A stretch of 64,000 bases of DNA, from positions 556,491-620,490 of the forward strand of contig OZ257142.1 of NCBI GenBank assembly GCA_965279035.1. Reading direction: 5' to 3'. Shown here piece by piece: positions 46,855-56,541 of the stretch. The translations under genes and the position numbers were made by a program. Position 1 is the first letter of the stretch. Each line of letters opens with the position of its first letter. Under the pieces are notes generated by a model, which was not told the DNA's origin, did no database searches, and saw only the letters and a program-made list of their open reading frames with translations. The stretch is from Bacteroidia bacterium (GTDB taxonomy: Bacteria > Bacteroidota > Bacteroidia > M30B66).

Positions 46855-48603
46855 ATGCTTAGAACACATACTTGCGGGCAACTCCGCGCTTCTGAAATCG
46901 GAAACTCTGTTGAACTTTGTGGATGGGTTGCCAAATCGAGAGATCTTGGTGGAATGACGTTCATCGATTTACGCGATCGTTTTGGGATTACCCAGCTTGT
47001 TTTTAACATGGACGACAATCCCGTGCTTTGTGAAAGAGCTCGTAAACTTGGTCGGGAATATGTTTTACGTGTTAAAGGAGAAGTAAGAGAACGCTCAAGC
47101 AAAAACGCACAATTATCAACAGGAGACATAGAAATTCGAGCAGTTGAATTTGAAATATTAAATTCTTCTAAAACTCCACCTTTCACGATTGAAGATGATA
47201 CCGATGGTGGTGATGATCTCCGAATGAAATACCGCTACCTTGATTTGAGAAGAAATGCGGTTCGGAAAAACCTTGAACTTCGCCACAATCTTGCGAAAGC
47301 AATACGCTCGTATCTCGACAATGCTGGCTTTCTTGAAGTAGAAACACCTGTTTTGATAAAATCAACACCCGAAGGAGCACGCGATTTTATTGTGCCTTCT
47401 CGTATGAATCCGGGTGAATTTTATGCATTGCCACAAAGTCCTCAAACATTTAAGCAAATCCTTATGGTTGCTGGATTTGATCGATACTACCAAATTGTAA
47501 AATGCTTTCGTGATGAAGATTTACGTGCCGATCGTCAACCCGAATTTACTCAGATAGATTGCGAACTTTCTTTTATCGAACATGAAGACATTCTCACCAT
47601 TTTCGAAGGACTTGTTCGTGAACTTTTTATATCTGTAAAAAATATCACGTTCGAAGATTTTCCTCGCATTACTTATGCCGAAGCCATGGAGCAATATGGT
47701 AACGACAAACCCGATATTCGTTTCGATATGAAGATTTGTGATTTTACTTCACAAACACGCAATTCGGGATTTGTTGTTTTTGATCAAGCAGAATATGTTG
47801 CAGGTATTGCGGCAACAGGTTGTGCAGAATATACTCGCAAGCAAGTAGATGAATTAACAGATTGGGTAAAACGCCCTCAAATTGGTGCCGGTGGTTTAAT
47901 CTATATTCGAATGAATGCTGATGGAAGCGTAAAATCTTCGGTCGATAAATTCTTTGATGAAGCTCAACTTCGTTCATTTTGCGAACAAGTAAATGCCCAA
48001 AAAGGAGATTTGGTTCTCATTCTGGCAGGAGCTAAAACACGGATGCAAAAGGCATTAAGTGAATTACGTCTTGAAATGGGAAATCGTCTAGGATATCGCC
48101 CTAAGGACATCTTTGCTCCACTTTGGGTTCTTGATTTTCCTTTGCTTGAATGGGATGAGGACAATCAACGGTATCATGCCATGCATCACCCGTTTACTTC
48201 ACCTAAGCCAGAAGACGTTCCTCTTTTAGAAAAAGAACCAGGCAAGGTGCGTGCTAATGCTTACGATTTGGTCATTAATGGTGTAGAAGTAGGAGGAGGC
48301 TCTATTCGTATTTTCGATAAAGGCCTGCAAAAAAACATGTTTACCTTGTTAGGCTTTAGTGATGAAGATGCTCAGTCGCAATTTGGATTTTTGATGAATG
48401 CTTTTGAGTATGGTGCACCTCCGCATGGTGGAATTGCCTTGGGTTTCGACCGACTTTGTTCTATTTTCGGAGGAGTAGATTCTATTCGAGATTTTATTGC
48501 CTTCCCGAAAAATAATTCAGGACGCGATATGATGATCGATTCACCTTCGCCAGTAAGCGATGAACAATTGAAAGAACTTCAAATCTCAGTTCAAAAAAAA
48601 TAA
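46855..48603 (+). CDS. aspS: Aspartate--tRNA ligase
   Basis: 582 aa. [11 protein letters not shown] starts an OB anticodon-binding domain, with class II motifs including [18 protein letters not shown]. Confidence 0.95.
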   Translation: MLRTHTCGQLRASEIGNSVELCGWVAKSRDLGGMTFIDLRDRFGITQLVFNMDDNPVLCERARKLGREYVLRVKGEVRERSSKNAQLSTGDIEIRAVEFEILNSSKTPPFTIEDDTDGGDDLRMKYRYLDLRRNAVRKNLELRHNLAKAIRSYLDNAGFLEVETPVLIKSTPEGARDFIVPSRMNPGEFYALPQSPQTFKQILMVAGFDRYYQIVKCFRDEDLRADRQPEFTQIDCELSFIEHEDILTIFEGLVRELFISVKNITFEDFPRITYAEAMEQYGNDKPDIRFDMKICDFTSQTRNSGFVVFDQAEYVAGIAATGCAEYTRKQVDELTDWVKRPQIGAGGLIYIRMNADGSVKSSVDKFFDEAQLRSFCEQVNAQKGDLVLILAGAKTRMQKALSELRLEMGNRLGYRPKDIFAPLWVLDFPLLEWDEDNQRYHAMHHPFTSPKPEDVPLLEKEPGKVRANAYDLVINGVEVGGGSIRIFDKGLQKNMFTLLGFSDEDAQSQFGFLMNAFEYGAPPHGGIALGFDRLCSIFGGVDSIRDFIAFPKNNSGRDMMIDSPSPVSDEQLKELQISVQKK

Positions 48604-48605
48604 GG

Positions 48606-49175
48606 ATGAAAAAATGCATTCTATTTCTGCTCATCCCCTTTTTGCTCGTCTCTTTTACAGCAAAAGCACAAAGACATGCCGAGTCTTTTGAAAAGGGAAT
48701 TGTGTTAATTGATCTTAGTTCAAGTATTGGGGTTTATAAAAACCACGACTTTGTTACACAACGAATTCCACTTTTTCTCGGAGTAGATTATGGTGTTCAC
48801 AATGATATTGGCTTGGGCATTTTTGGAGGATGGAATCAACGCTCGTTTAAAACAGCAAAGTCTCCAGCTTACGATGTGAATTATTATTTCTATGGCGGTC
48901 GCTTAAGTATGCACCTTGCTCCCTATTTACGCCATCACACGATGTTGAAATTCAATCCCAAAATGGTGGATATTTATGCAACACTTTGGGCTGGTCGACA
49001 AGTAGCAAAACAGGTTTCTTTCTCTGGAAATAGTTTTATTGATTCCGGCGGAGTATCCATAATTGGAGGATATATTGGCGCTCGAATTTATACGATGTCT
49101 TGGCTTGGATTTATGGTTGAACTTGGAGCCGGACCTTACGGTTTGGTTAATTTCGGACTGTGTTCAAAATTCTAA
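48606..49175 (+). CDS. Outer membrane beta-barrel protein (porin-family-like)
   Basis: Signal peptide MKKCILFLLIPFLLVSFTAKAQ, alternating beta-strand pattern, and a C-terminal aromatic residue (KF). Confidence 0.65.
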   Translation: MKKCILFLLIPFLLVSFTAKAQRHAESFEKGIVLIDLSSSIGVYKNHDFVTQRIPLFLGVDYGVHNDIGLGIFGGWNQRSFKTAKSPAYDVNYYFYGGRLSMHLAPYLRHHTMLKFNPKMVDIYATLWAGRQVAKQVSFSGNSFIDSGGVSIIGGYIGARIYTMSWLGFMVELGAGPYGLVNFGLCSKF

Positions 49176-49185
49176 TTGAACTCCT

Positions 49186-49626
49186 TCAAAGTTCCTTTTG
49201 ATAAATCGCTTTACGTCCAGCAAACATCACGTACATCACTGGATAAGAAAGGAATGTCAAAACCCAATTATGTGCTTTAAACTGAATATCATCAATTATT
49301 ACAACATCCTTTTCTTGTTGGACAATGCGATGTGTATGTTCCCAATAGCTTAAGAAAAAAGGAAGTACAATCCCTTTATCTACAAAACAGCATTCTTTTT
49401 CTGTTTGAAAACTAGAAGTAATTCGGCTTTTCCAGGTTAACCAACTGAAAAAAAATCGCAAACGTATTTCAACAAGATCGTTTGTATTACAACCATCAAA
49501 TTGCACTAATTCGAAACGAGGAAATGGTGGTGCAAGTTTTAAGAATAATTCCTTGTCGAATTTTTTGAAAACGGAATTACAATTTCTGTTTTTAATTTGG
49601 GTTTGAAGGAGAATTCGCATTCTCAA
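49186..49626 (-). CDS. Hypothetical protein (Trp/Phe-rich), overlapping ispH stop by 4 nt
   Basis: 146 aa ORF apparently translationally coupled to ispH, with no recognised domain. Confidence 0.4.
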   Translation of the reverse strand: MRMRILLQTQIKNRNCNSVFKKFDKELFLKLAPPFPRFELVQFDGCNTNDLVEIRLRFFFSWLTWKSRITSSFQTEKECCFVDKGIVLPFFLSYWEHTHRIVQQEKDVVIIDDIQFKAHNWVLTFLSYPVMYVMFAGRKAIYQKEL

Positions 49627-50504
49627 AGAATCTCGAGTGCCGTTTTAACATCTTGCATCAACCACATGGGTGTTGAAGTAGCACCACAAATTCCAACAGT
49701 ATTGTCTTTTTCAAACCATGTTGGGTCTAGCTCATCTACACGACTAATGAAATACGTTTCAGGATTTTGGTCTTTACAAACGTTGAATAATACCTTTCCA
49801 TTTGATGATTTTGTACCACTTACAAAGAGTATTTTATCATACGATTTTGCAAATGTCCTGAGCTCTGAATCGCGGTCACTTACTTGACTACAAATGGTGT
49901 CGTGAGCATTTACTTTAATACCTTTCGATTCAAGTTGCTCTCGCGTTTCTTTGAATTTTTGTTTGCTCTTGGTCGTTTGTGTATAGAGTGTTATTTCTTT
50001 AGGAAGTTCTTTTCCATCCAGTTCTGAAATATCTGAAAATACAACACCTTCATTATTTATTTGGCCCATCAGACCGGTAACTTCCGCATGACCTTTTTTC
50101 CCCATTAAGAAGATGGTTTCTTTTTTATCAAATGATCCGCGAATGCGATTCTGGAGTTTTAGAACTACAGGGCAAGTTGCATCAATCAGAGTGATATTAT
50201 TTTCTATTGCTGTTTGATAAGTAGATGGTGGTTCTCCATGAGCACGTATTAATACACTTTCGTTTTTTAATTCTCTAAATGCATCATAATCAATGATCCG
50301 AAGACCTTTCGCTTTCAATCGTTTAACCTCTTCATCGTTATGAACTATGTCGCCAAGGCAATACAAATAGCCTTGTTCTTCCAATACATCTTGGGCCATT
50401 TCAATCGCGTAAACAACTCCAAAGCAGAAGCCTGAATTAGAATCTATACTGACTTTCAAATGAAGCGCGGACATGCTATAATTGATTTCTGATTGAATAA
50501 GCAA
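49623..50504 (-). CDS. ispH: 4-hydroxy-3-methylbut-2-enyl diphosphate reductase
   Basis: 293 aa with the LytB fold and conserved Cys/His motifs (GFCFGV, HNDEEV, ATCPVV). Confidence 0.9.
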   Translation of the reverse strand: MLIQSEINYSMSALHLKVSIDSNSGFCFGVVYAIEMAQDVLEEQGYLYCLGDIVHNDEEVKRLKAKGLRIIDYDAFRELKNESVLIRAHGEPPSTYQTAIENNITLIDATCPVVLKLQNRIRGSFDKKETIFLMGKKGHAEVTGLMGQINNEGVVFSDISELDGKELPKEITLYTQTTKSKQKFKETREQLESKGIKVNAHDTICSQVSDRDSELRTFAKSYDKILFVSGTKSSNGKVLFNVCKDQNPETYFISRVDELDPTWFEKDNTVGICGATSTPMWLMQDVKTALEIL

Positions 50505-50516
50505 TGAAACCTTTGG

Positions 50517-51368
50517 TCAAAGTAAATTGAGAGAATGACGTATGTAAGAACTCAGAATGAGCGAATATTTTCGTGCATTTGGAATTCGAATTCGTTCTTC
50601 AAGTACGCGATTGGGAGAGGAATTGATGATTTTTTTATACAAGGCGAAATAGTAAACGTATGCTACATAAACACCAAAGCGAGCTCCTTTGGGGAGTCCT
50701 TTAATTCCATTATATCCATCGGAAAAATCTTTGAGAATGTCTTCTTCGATAGCACGTTTATTCTCTTCAGTAAATTCGCTCATGTTTAAATGAGGGAAAT
50801 ACACTCTTCCGAGAGTATGATAGTCATTGTGTAGGTCACGTAGAAAATTGATTTTTTGAAAAGCAGAACCAAGCCTCATAGCTGGGTTTTTGAGTCTTTC
50901 GTACATCGATTGACTTCCTTCGCAAAAAACGCGTAAACACATTAAGCCAACTACTTCTGCCGAACCTAAAATGTATTTTTCGTATGCAGCCTGATCGTAT
51001 TGTACTTTTTCAAGATCCATTTCCATGCTTTTTAGAAATGTATCAATCAGTTCATCTTCGATCCCATAGTGATTAACCGTTTGCTGAAAACTATGCAGTA
51101 TAGGATTCAAACTAATTCCCCTACGTATAGCGAGAAATGTATCTCTTCTAAATTCTTCAATTAAAAGGGAAGCATCAGAACGATTGAAACTATCTACAAT
51201 TTCATCAGCAAATCGAACAAATGCGTAGAGTGTATAAACAGGATCTTGGAACCGTTTTGAAAGTGACTTTATTCCAAGTGTGAAAGAAGTACTATACCGA
51301 TGTGTTGTAAATCGACTGCAGCGAAGACTTACAAAATTGTAATCGATCATAGGTCCGTTGTTTTTCAA
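50517..51368 (-). CDS. crtB: Phytoene/squalene synthase family protein (probable phytoene synthase)
   Basis: 283 aa with the isoprenoid synthase Asp-rich motifs YAFVRFADEIVD and a trans-IPPS head-to-head fold. Confidence 0.85.
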   Translation of the reverse strand: MKNNGPMIDYNFVSLRCSRFTTHRYSTSFTLGIKSLSKRFQDPVYTLYAFVRFADEIVDSFNRSDASLLIEEFRRDTFLAIRRGISLNPILHSFQQTVNHYGIEDELIDTFLKSMEMDLEKVQYDQAAYEKYILGSAEVVGLMCLRVFCEGSQSMYERLKNPAMRLGSAFQKINFLRDLHNDYHTLGRVYFPHLNMSEFTEENKRAIEEDILKDFSDGYNGIKGLPKGARFGVYVAYVYYFALYKKIINSSPNRVLEERIRIPNARKYSLILSSYIRHSLNLL

Positions 51369-51393
51369 TCGAATTTAAGAGTCGTTGCCCTAC

Positions 51394-51900
51394 TTATTTA
51401 TTATATCCTTTTAACATCGACATTAATTGACGACGCGCTAAGAAAATTCTGCTTTTTACAGTACCAATAGGTAGATCTAAATAATCAGCTATTTCCTTGT
51501 ATTTATAGCCATCGAAATACATATTAAATGGAACCCGATATTCATCTTGTAGCATTTCAATTTTCTTCAAAATTTCACGTTCAGAGTACTTTGACTCTGG
51601 GGCGAAACTTTGCGTTTGTTGAGGAATATTGAGGAAATACAAATCTTTTGTTGAATCAACAATTGTATTCGTTTTAACTGCTCTACGATAATTATTAATA
51701 AAGATGTTTTTCATGATGGTATACAACCATGCTTTCAAATTTGTTTTTTCAACAAATCGATGGCGGTTGCTGATTGCCTTCAGCAGCGTTTCTTGAAGAA
51801 GGTCTTTTGCTTCTTCATCATTGGAGGTAAGGTTTAATGCAAAGTATTTTAAGGGCTTGCTTAAACTCAAAACTTCGGAGTTGAATTCAAATGCTGACAT
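51394..51900 (-). CDS. RNA polymerase ECF-type sigma-70 factor
   Basis: 168 aa with sigma-70 region 2 (LLQETLLKAI, YTIMKNIFINNYRR) and region 4 (IADYLDLPIGTVKSRIFLARRQL). Confidence 0.85.
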   Translation of the reverse strand: MSAFEFNSEVLSLSKPLKYFALNLTSNDEEAKDLLQETLLKAISNRHRFVEKTNLKAWLYTIMKNIFINNYRRAVKTNTIVDSTKDLYFLNIPQQTQSFAPESKYSEREILKKIEMLQDEYRVPFNMYFDGYKYKEIADYLDLPIGTVKSRIFLARRQLMSMLKGYNK

Positions 51901-52086
51901 CTCGTTTTGTTTAATCTTTGAACAAATGTATTAAACATTATGGGATAATCAACATTCTGTTTAAGAATTAACTTAAAATACATGTACCAACATATATGAA
52001 ATTCAAGATTAACCATGTAAATAGCTTAACATCAATAAAATAGATTCAACTGAAAAAATGTTAAATTTCATTTTAGGCCATTAAAA

Positions 52087-52120
52087 AATGCTATTGAAGG
52101 CAAAAGTTCTTCAATAGCAT
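52087..52120. terminator. Perfect 13-bp inverted repeat AATGCTATTGAAG-N8-CTTCAATAGCATT; terminator of the carH-like gene and/or operator in the sigma-crtB promoter region
   Basis: Read directly. It is 46 nt past the carH stop and followed by a T5 run on the minus strand. Confidence 0.6.
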
Positions 52121-52165
52121 TCGAAAAATTGTTGATTCTATGATTAGATTATTTAAACAGAGAGT

Positions 52166-53071
52166 TTATTTCTTTTGCTCTGCAATTTCAATTAAGTCGA
52201 AAACAGATTTGATATTTGTTACATTTTTCCAATGGAACTTAATTTCGCAGGTTTGTGCGCCAGCAACTAGAAGCTTAGTGCTTCCAATTAAACCAGAGAT
52301 TTTATCGATATATGCTACGATAGAATCTGGTGAATAAGCAGCCGTAAAAAATGTCAAAATGTACTTTGGATGGTATTTGTTGCAATAGCTTAAAACATCT
52401 TCAAGCGGAACAGTTTGTCCTAAATAAATTACTCGTTTTCCTCTTACTTTTAATATGTATTTTGAAAACAAGAGCCCGATTTCGTGTAATTCTCCATCGG
52501 GAAGATACAAGAGCCAATCATCAGCATCTGGAGCAGCCACACCCGAATAACCATCCACTGCTACAAGGATTTTTTTGCGAATCATGTTGGTCATGAAATG
52601 CTCTTGAAAAACACTTGCTTCTCCAGTTCTCCACATGATTCCCACTTTTTGTAAAAATGGAATGAGAATGTTGAGCATCGTTTGTTCAAACCCATATTTT
52701 AGGGAACTTGTACTTATTACTTTTTCAAAACGAGCCTCATCCAATTCAATCATAGCAATGACTAAACTATCGGTCTGCGCTTCAAAAAAATGATCAATCG
52801 AAACAGGATGTTGAACCATATCCTGAATTCGTTTGCAAATTTCATCCTGATTGAGTTTAACCAAATGAGATATTTTTCCTCCATGACGAATCAATAAGGA
52901 AATGTTCAATAGAATTTTTAACTCTTGATCGTTGTATAAGCGAATGTTTGTATCGGTTCTGTCGGGATTTAGCAAATTGTAGCGTTGCTCCCATATGCGA
53001 ATCGTATGTGCTTTTATTCCGGAAAGACGCTCCAGATCTTTTATTGTATATTTTGAAGTCATTGAATGCAT
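52166..53071 (-). CDS. carH: MerR family transcriptional regulator with C-terminal cobalamin (B12)-binding domain (CarH/LitR-like light sensor)
   Basis: N-terminal MerR HTH (YTIKDLERLSGIKAHTIRIWEQRY) and a C-terminal B12-binding Rossmann-like domain (GELHEIGLLFSKYILKVRGKRVIYLG). Confidence 0.8.
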   Translation of the reverse strand: MHSMTSKYTIKDLERLSGIKAHTIRIWEQRYNLLNPDRTDTNIRLYNDQELKILLNISLLIRHGGKISHLVKLNQDEICKRIQDMVQHPVSIDHFFEAQTDSLVIAMIELDEARFEKVISTSSLKYGFEQTMLNILIPFLQKVGIMWRTGEASVFQEHFMTNMIRKKILVAVDGYSGVAAPDADDWLLYLPDGELHEIGLLFSKYILKVRGKRVIYLGQTVPLEDVLSYCNKYHPKYILTFFTAAYSPDSIVAYIDKISGLIGSTKLLVAGAQTCEIKFHWKNVTNIKSVFDLIEIAEQKK

Positions 53072-53231
53072 TTCCGATTATTCGCTATAGCACATCACTG
53101 AGCGTAATTAAAATTCTTTGATTCAAACAGATGTACTTTTAAAATGTTTAATCCCATTTAAAAGGAGTTTAAACTAAGCAAAACAAACCTATTTGAATTA
53201 GTAAGAGTTTGAAATGATAAGAATCAGTTTT

Positions 53232-53828
53232 TTATTTTGAATTCGATTGGGAATACAATTTAGCAATGTATTTACCCAATATGTCAAATTCAAGATTCAC
53301 TTGATTCCCAACAATCAGGTTTTTGAGATTAGTATTCTCCCATGTATAAGGAATAATAGCTACTTCAAAGGAATTATTTTCAGAATTAATAACCGTTAAA
53401 CTAACTCCATTCACACAGATTGATCCTTTCTCAACGGTGATAAATCCATTTTTAGCTTCATAAAAAAACTTCAACCGCCAACTACCATTTTCATCCCTTA
53501 TCTCATCCAAACTAGCAGTTGTATCAACATGGCCTTGAACTAAATGGCCATCGAGTCGTCCATTCCATTGTAAACAACGTTCAAGATTAACTTCATCGCC
53601 CGTTTTTAAATTCGAAAGATTGGTTTTGCTGAGTGTTTCTTTTACTGCTGTGACGAAGTAAAAATCCCCTTCAACTTTAGTTACGGTCAAGCAAACTCCA
53701 TTATGTGACAAACTTTGATCAACCTTCAATTCATTCGTAAAAGGACAGGATAATTTAAACGTAGTGTTTTCGGCTTCAACTATACGATCATGCACTTTAC
53801 CTAAGCCTTCTATAATTCCAGTAAACAT
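53232..53828 (-). CDS. ribE: Riboflavin synthase alpha subunit
   Basis: MFTGIIEGLGKV N-terminus with two lumazine-binding repeats (GVCLTV / GVSLTV). The ORF extends 10 codons further upstream to 53858. Confidence 0.9.
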   Translation of the reverse strand: MFTGIIEGLGKVHDRIVEAENTTFKLSCPFTNELKVDQSLSHNGVCLTVTKVEGDFYFVTAVKETLSKTNLSNLKTGDEVNLERCLQWNGRLDGHLVQGHVDTTASLDEIRDENGSWRLKFFYEAKNGFITVEKGSICVNGVSLTVINSENNSFEVAIIPYTWENTNLKNLIVGNQVNLEFDILGKYIAKLYSQSNSK

Positions 53829-53829
53829 G

Positions 53830-56448
53830 TTAATTTCCATTTTTAGATGACGTTCCAATTACTTGGATTGCTCCTTTTAACGTTGATGTTTGAATTCCAT
53901 CCAATCGAATTTCATTCACTTTGCACACATAAAAATAAACCCCATCAGGAACTTTTAAACCACTCGAAGAATCTGTTCCATTCCAACCTATTTCAGGTTT
54001 GTTGCTGCTAAATAGTTTATTACCCCAACGATTAAAAACGTCAAATTCGACCGACTCGATAAATGCATATGGAAATGGACTAAACACATCGTTTACGCCA
54101 TCTCCATTTGGTGAAAAGGTATTGGGTAAATGATAAACCGGACAATTGTCGACACATGTTCGAATGAGAGGACTTTCGTTCATAAACGAATCTACTGCAG
54201 CTACTGCATAACATCCCGCAATTGAACTCCCAGGAAAATGAATGAAACTCAGTTGCTGTCCTAAAGGAAATTCGTTCAATAAAACCAAAGTACCGGAAGT
54301 AGTTTCTGAACGATAAATTCGGATTAATACCACATCATTATAACATGTCGAATCGGTCGGAAAATTCCAATGAATTGTATTTTTTAATGAATCACAGTTT
54401 GCTTCAACCAATGTTTCAGGAGGACAAGGCGCTTGAGTATCTTTTGCACTTGTACAAACTTCTTGAGAAAGATTGAGTATCGGATGAATAAAACCATTGC
54501 CACTGTATGCTCCTACCGATTTCACCCGATAACAATAGGAAACGCCATTTGCTAATCCAAGATCTGAGTAGCTTTTCGTTTTACTATATCCAATGGAGTC
54601 AAACTGGATTGCACTTGGTGTTTTTCGGTACACTATAAACGAATCGTTTTGCCAAGGAACTGAAGTTTGCCAAGTCAAATTCACTTGATTATCGCTTCCG
54701 CTTGCCGATAAATAAATGGATGAAGCGGCTTGACTTTGTCCAACTAAAACCGGATTTCCGGGACTCAAATTCCGAAGCCCAATACGGTAAGTCCATGTTG
54801 TTTCAATGGTATTCAAAGCAGATGAAATATCGCTGTATGTTGTATCATTTAAGTTATCGAGCGAATCAACCGGAGAAAAAAGATTCCCGTTCATTCCTTG
54901 AGCACGCTCTACTATGTATCGGAATGGCCCAGGAAATTGAATGGTATCAATTGCTGTAGGTTTTGACCAAGCAATATCTACCTGTGCATTAGAACTTTGA
55001 GTTGAAATAATACTCACATTCGTTATGACTGGAAGTATTTTGTCGAGTTGTACACAGGTTTCATTCGATGCATAACTCTCGGCACCATCGGCAAATACAG
55101 CAATGACCATATAACAATAGGAAGAGCCCGGTAATAATGGTCCCTGATCAGTATAAGTTAAGGTGGATAAACCCGTTACATTACTTAAGAATGTATAACC
55201 AGTATACGCTGGAACACCCGTTTCACAAGGATTTGATGTATATCCATAAAACCCTGATTTACGGTAAATGGCATATCCTATCGCTTGTTCGCAAGGACTT
55301 TGTTCCCACGTTAGTACAACTGATGTGTTTTGACTTACTGCTAGCAAACTTTCTGGAGCCTGAGCAACAACACGAATTTGCATGCTTTCAAAATCTGCCA
55401 AATTCGGGTTTCCATTATCAATCACTTTAAAGCTAAACTGATAAGGTTGTTTGCGCACATGCACACAGGATGTTTCCCAAATAAATTGCTGATTTACACT
55501 ACCCAATTGGGTAACAGGAGCAAAAACGGCATTTCCGGGAGCTGGAAATTGAAATGGGCCACCCGTCGCACTTAATGTAATAGATTGTTGAGGGCTATCC
55601 GGATCAGATGCACTAACAGTGAAGTTGAGTATAGTTCCTGCATCAACACATAAATCGGGAAGTGGAACAATGGTCGGAGGTAGATTATTACATGGAACAA
55701 CGCTAATTTGCATATCGCGTGTAACTGAACCGATGAGAATACCATGTCGCCATTCTTCTATGACAAACGCTACATTATATTCTCCTATCCCGCTTGGTAA
55801 TGGGGAATCCCAAACTAAATCTCCAGTTATTGCATCTAAACTAAAACTGTTACTCGCTATTGGTTGATTGAATCCCGGAATGACTAAACCTCCTTCACCA
55901 CGACAATCAACTAAATGATACGAAATACTATCCCCATCGGGATCGAACGCACCTGGATTGTGAATGAAGATCTGACCTGGGCAAGCTTCGTCGATGGGAG
56001 GATTTAATAATTGAACTGAATTATTGATTCCCAGAAAGGGATTGATGACTAGTTGGGTAGAAACATAAAAGGGAATGTTTACCGAATTGGGAATATTTAC
56101 CAATCCACCATTGCGATTAGGGTCTTCAAAACTGATTGTATAGATTGAAGGCCCAGGATAAGTATGAACACCAACGTAAATATTTTTCTTGATCGATGGG
56201 GCAACCAATTCACCCATGCCCGATCCGTTAATTCTAGGTATGGTATCTATAGATCCATCGCCCCAACTTATGCCCAAATCAGGTCTGTCGGCAGGGCTAT
56301 CTGATTTGGTATAGGTAATAATCGTGGCTTCATATTGAAAACCACCGAGGTGGCGATACGTAATTTCTCCAGCACGATTGTGCGTAGCATGAAGCAAACT
56401 ACTTATGAGTAGTCCGAAAAGCAATAAAATCAGCTGACCGGTGCGCAT
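53830..56448 (-). CDS. Large secreted adhesin-like protein with T9SS type B (gliding motility-associated) C-terminal domain
   Basis: Signal peptide MRTGQLILLLFGLLISSLLHA. The C-terminus NTFSPNGDGVNDVFSPF...FNRWGNKLF...DGVYFYV is the type B CTD, with Ig/Fn3-like repeats internally. The ORF could start as far upstream as 56523. Confidence 0.85.
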   Translation of the reverse strand: MRTGQLILLLFGLLISSLLHATHNRAGEITYRHLGGFQYEATIITYTKSDSPADRPDLGISWGDGSIDTIPRINGSGMGELVAPSIKKNIYVGVHTYPGPSIYTISFEDPNRNGGLVNIPNSVNIPFYVSTQLVINPFLGINNSVQLLNPPIDEACPGQIFIHNPGAFDPDGDSISYHLVDCRGEGGLVIPGFNQPIASNSFSLDAITGDLVWDSPLPSGIGEYNVAFVIEEWRHGILIGSVTRDMQISVVPCNNLPPTIVPLPDLCVDAGTILNFTVSASDPDSPQQSITLSATGGPFQFPAPGNAVFAPVTQLGSVNQQFIWETSCVHVRKQPYQFSFKVIDNGNPNLADFESMQIRVVAQAPESLLAVSQNTSVVLTWEQSPCEQAIGYAIYRKSGFYGYTSNPCETGVPAYTGYTFLSNVTGLSTLTYTDQGPLLPGSSYCYMVIAVFADGAESYASNETCVQLDKILPVITNVSIISTQSSNAQVDIAWSKPTAIDTIQFPGPFRYIVERAQGMNGNLFSPVDSLDNLNDTTYSDISSALNTIETTWTYRIGLRNLSPGNPVLVGQSQAASSIYLSASGSDNQVNLTWQTSVPWQNDSFIVYRKTPSAIQFDSIGYSKTKSYSDLGLANGVSYCYRVKSVGAYSGNGFIHPILNLSQEVCTSAKDTQAPCPPETLVEANCDSLKNTIHWNFPTDSTCYNDVVLIRIYRSETTSGTLVLLNEFPLGQQLSFIHFPGSSIAGCYAVAAVDSFMNESPLIRTCVDNCPVYHLPNTFSPNGDGVNDVFSPFPYAFIESVEFDVFNRWGNKLFSSNKPEIGWNGTDSSSGLKVPDGVYFYVCKVNEIRLDGIQTSTLKGAIQVIGTSSKNGN

Positions 56449-56541
56449 GGAATTCGGGATTGGAAAGATAAGGATTCCAACGAATGGCGCTTCGAATTGT
56501 TGGAAAGCAAAAACGGGAAGCAAATGCCCCCCGTTTTGTAC

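Noticed and set aside
46660-46855. Palindrome CAATTTAAATTG in the aspS/fnr divergent region, considered as an Fnr box
   Set aside because: It does not match the TTGAT-N4-ATCAA architecture. A short AT-rich palindrome is expected by chance in AT-rich intergenic DNA.
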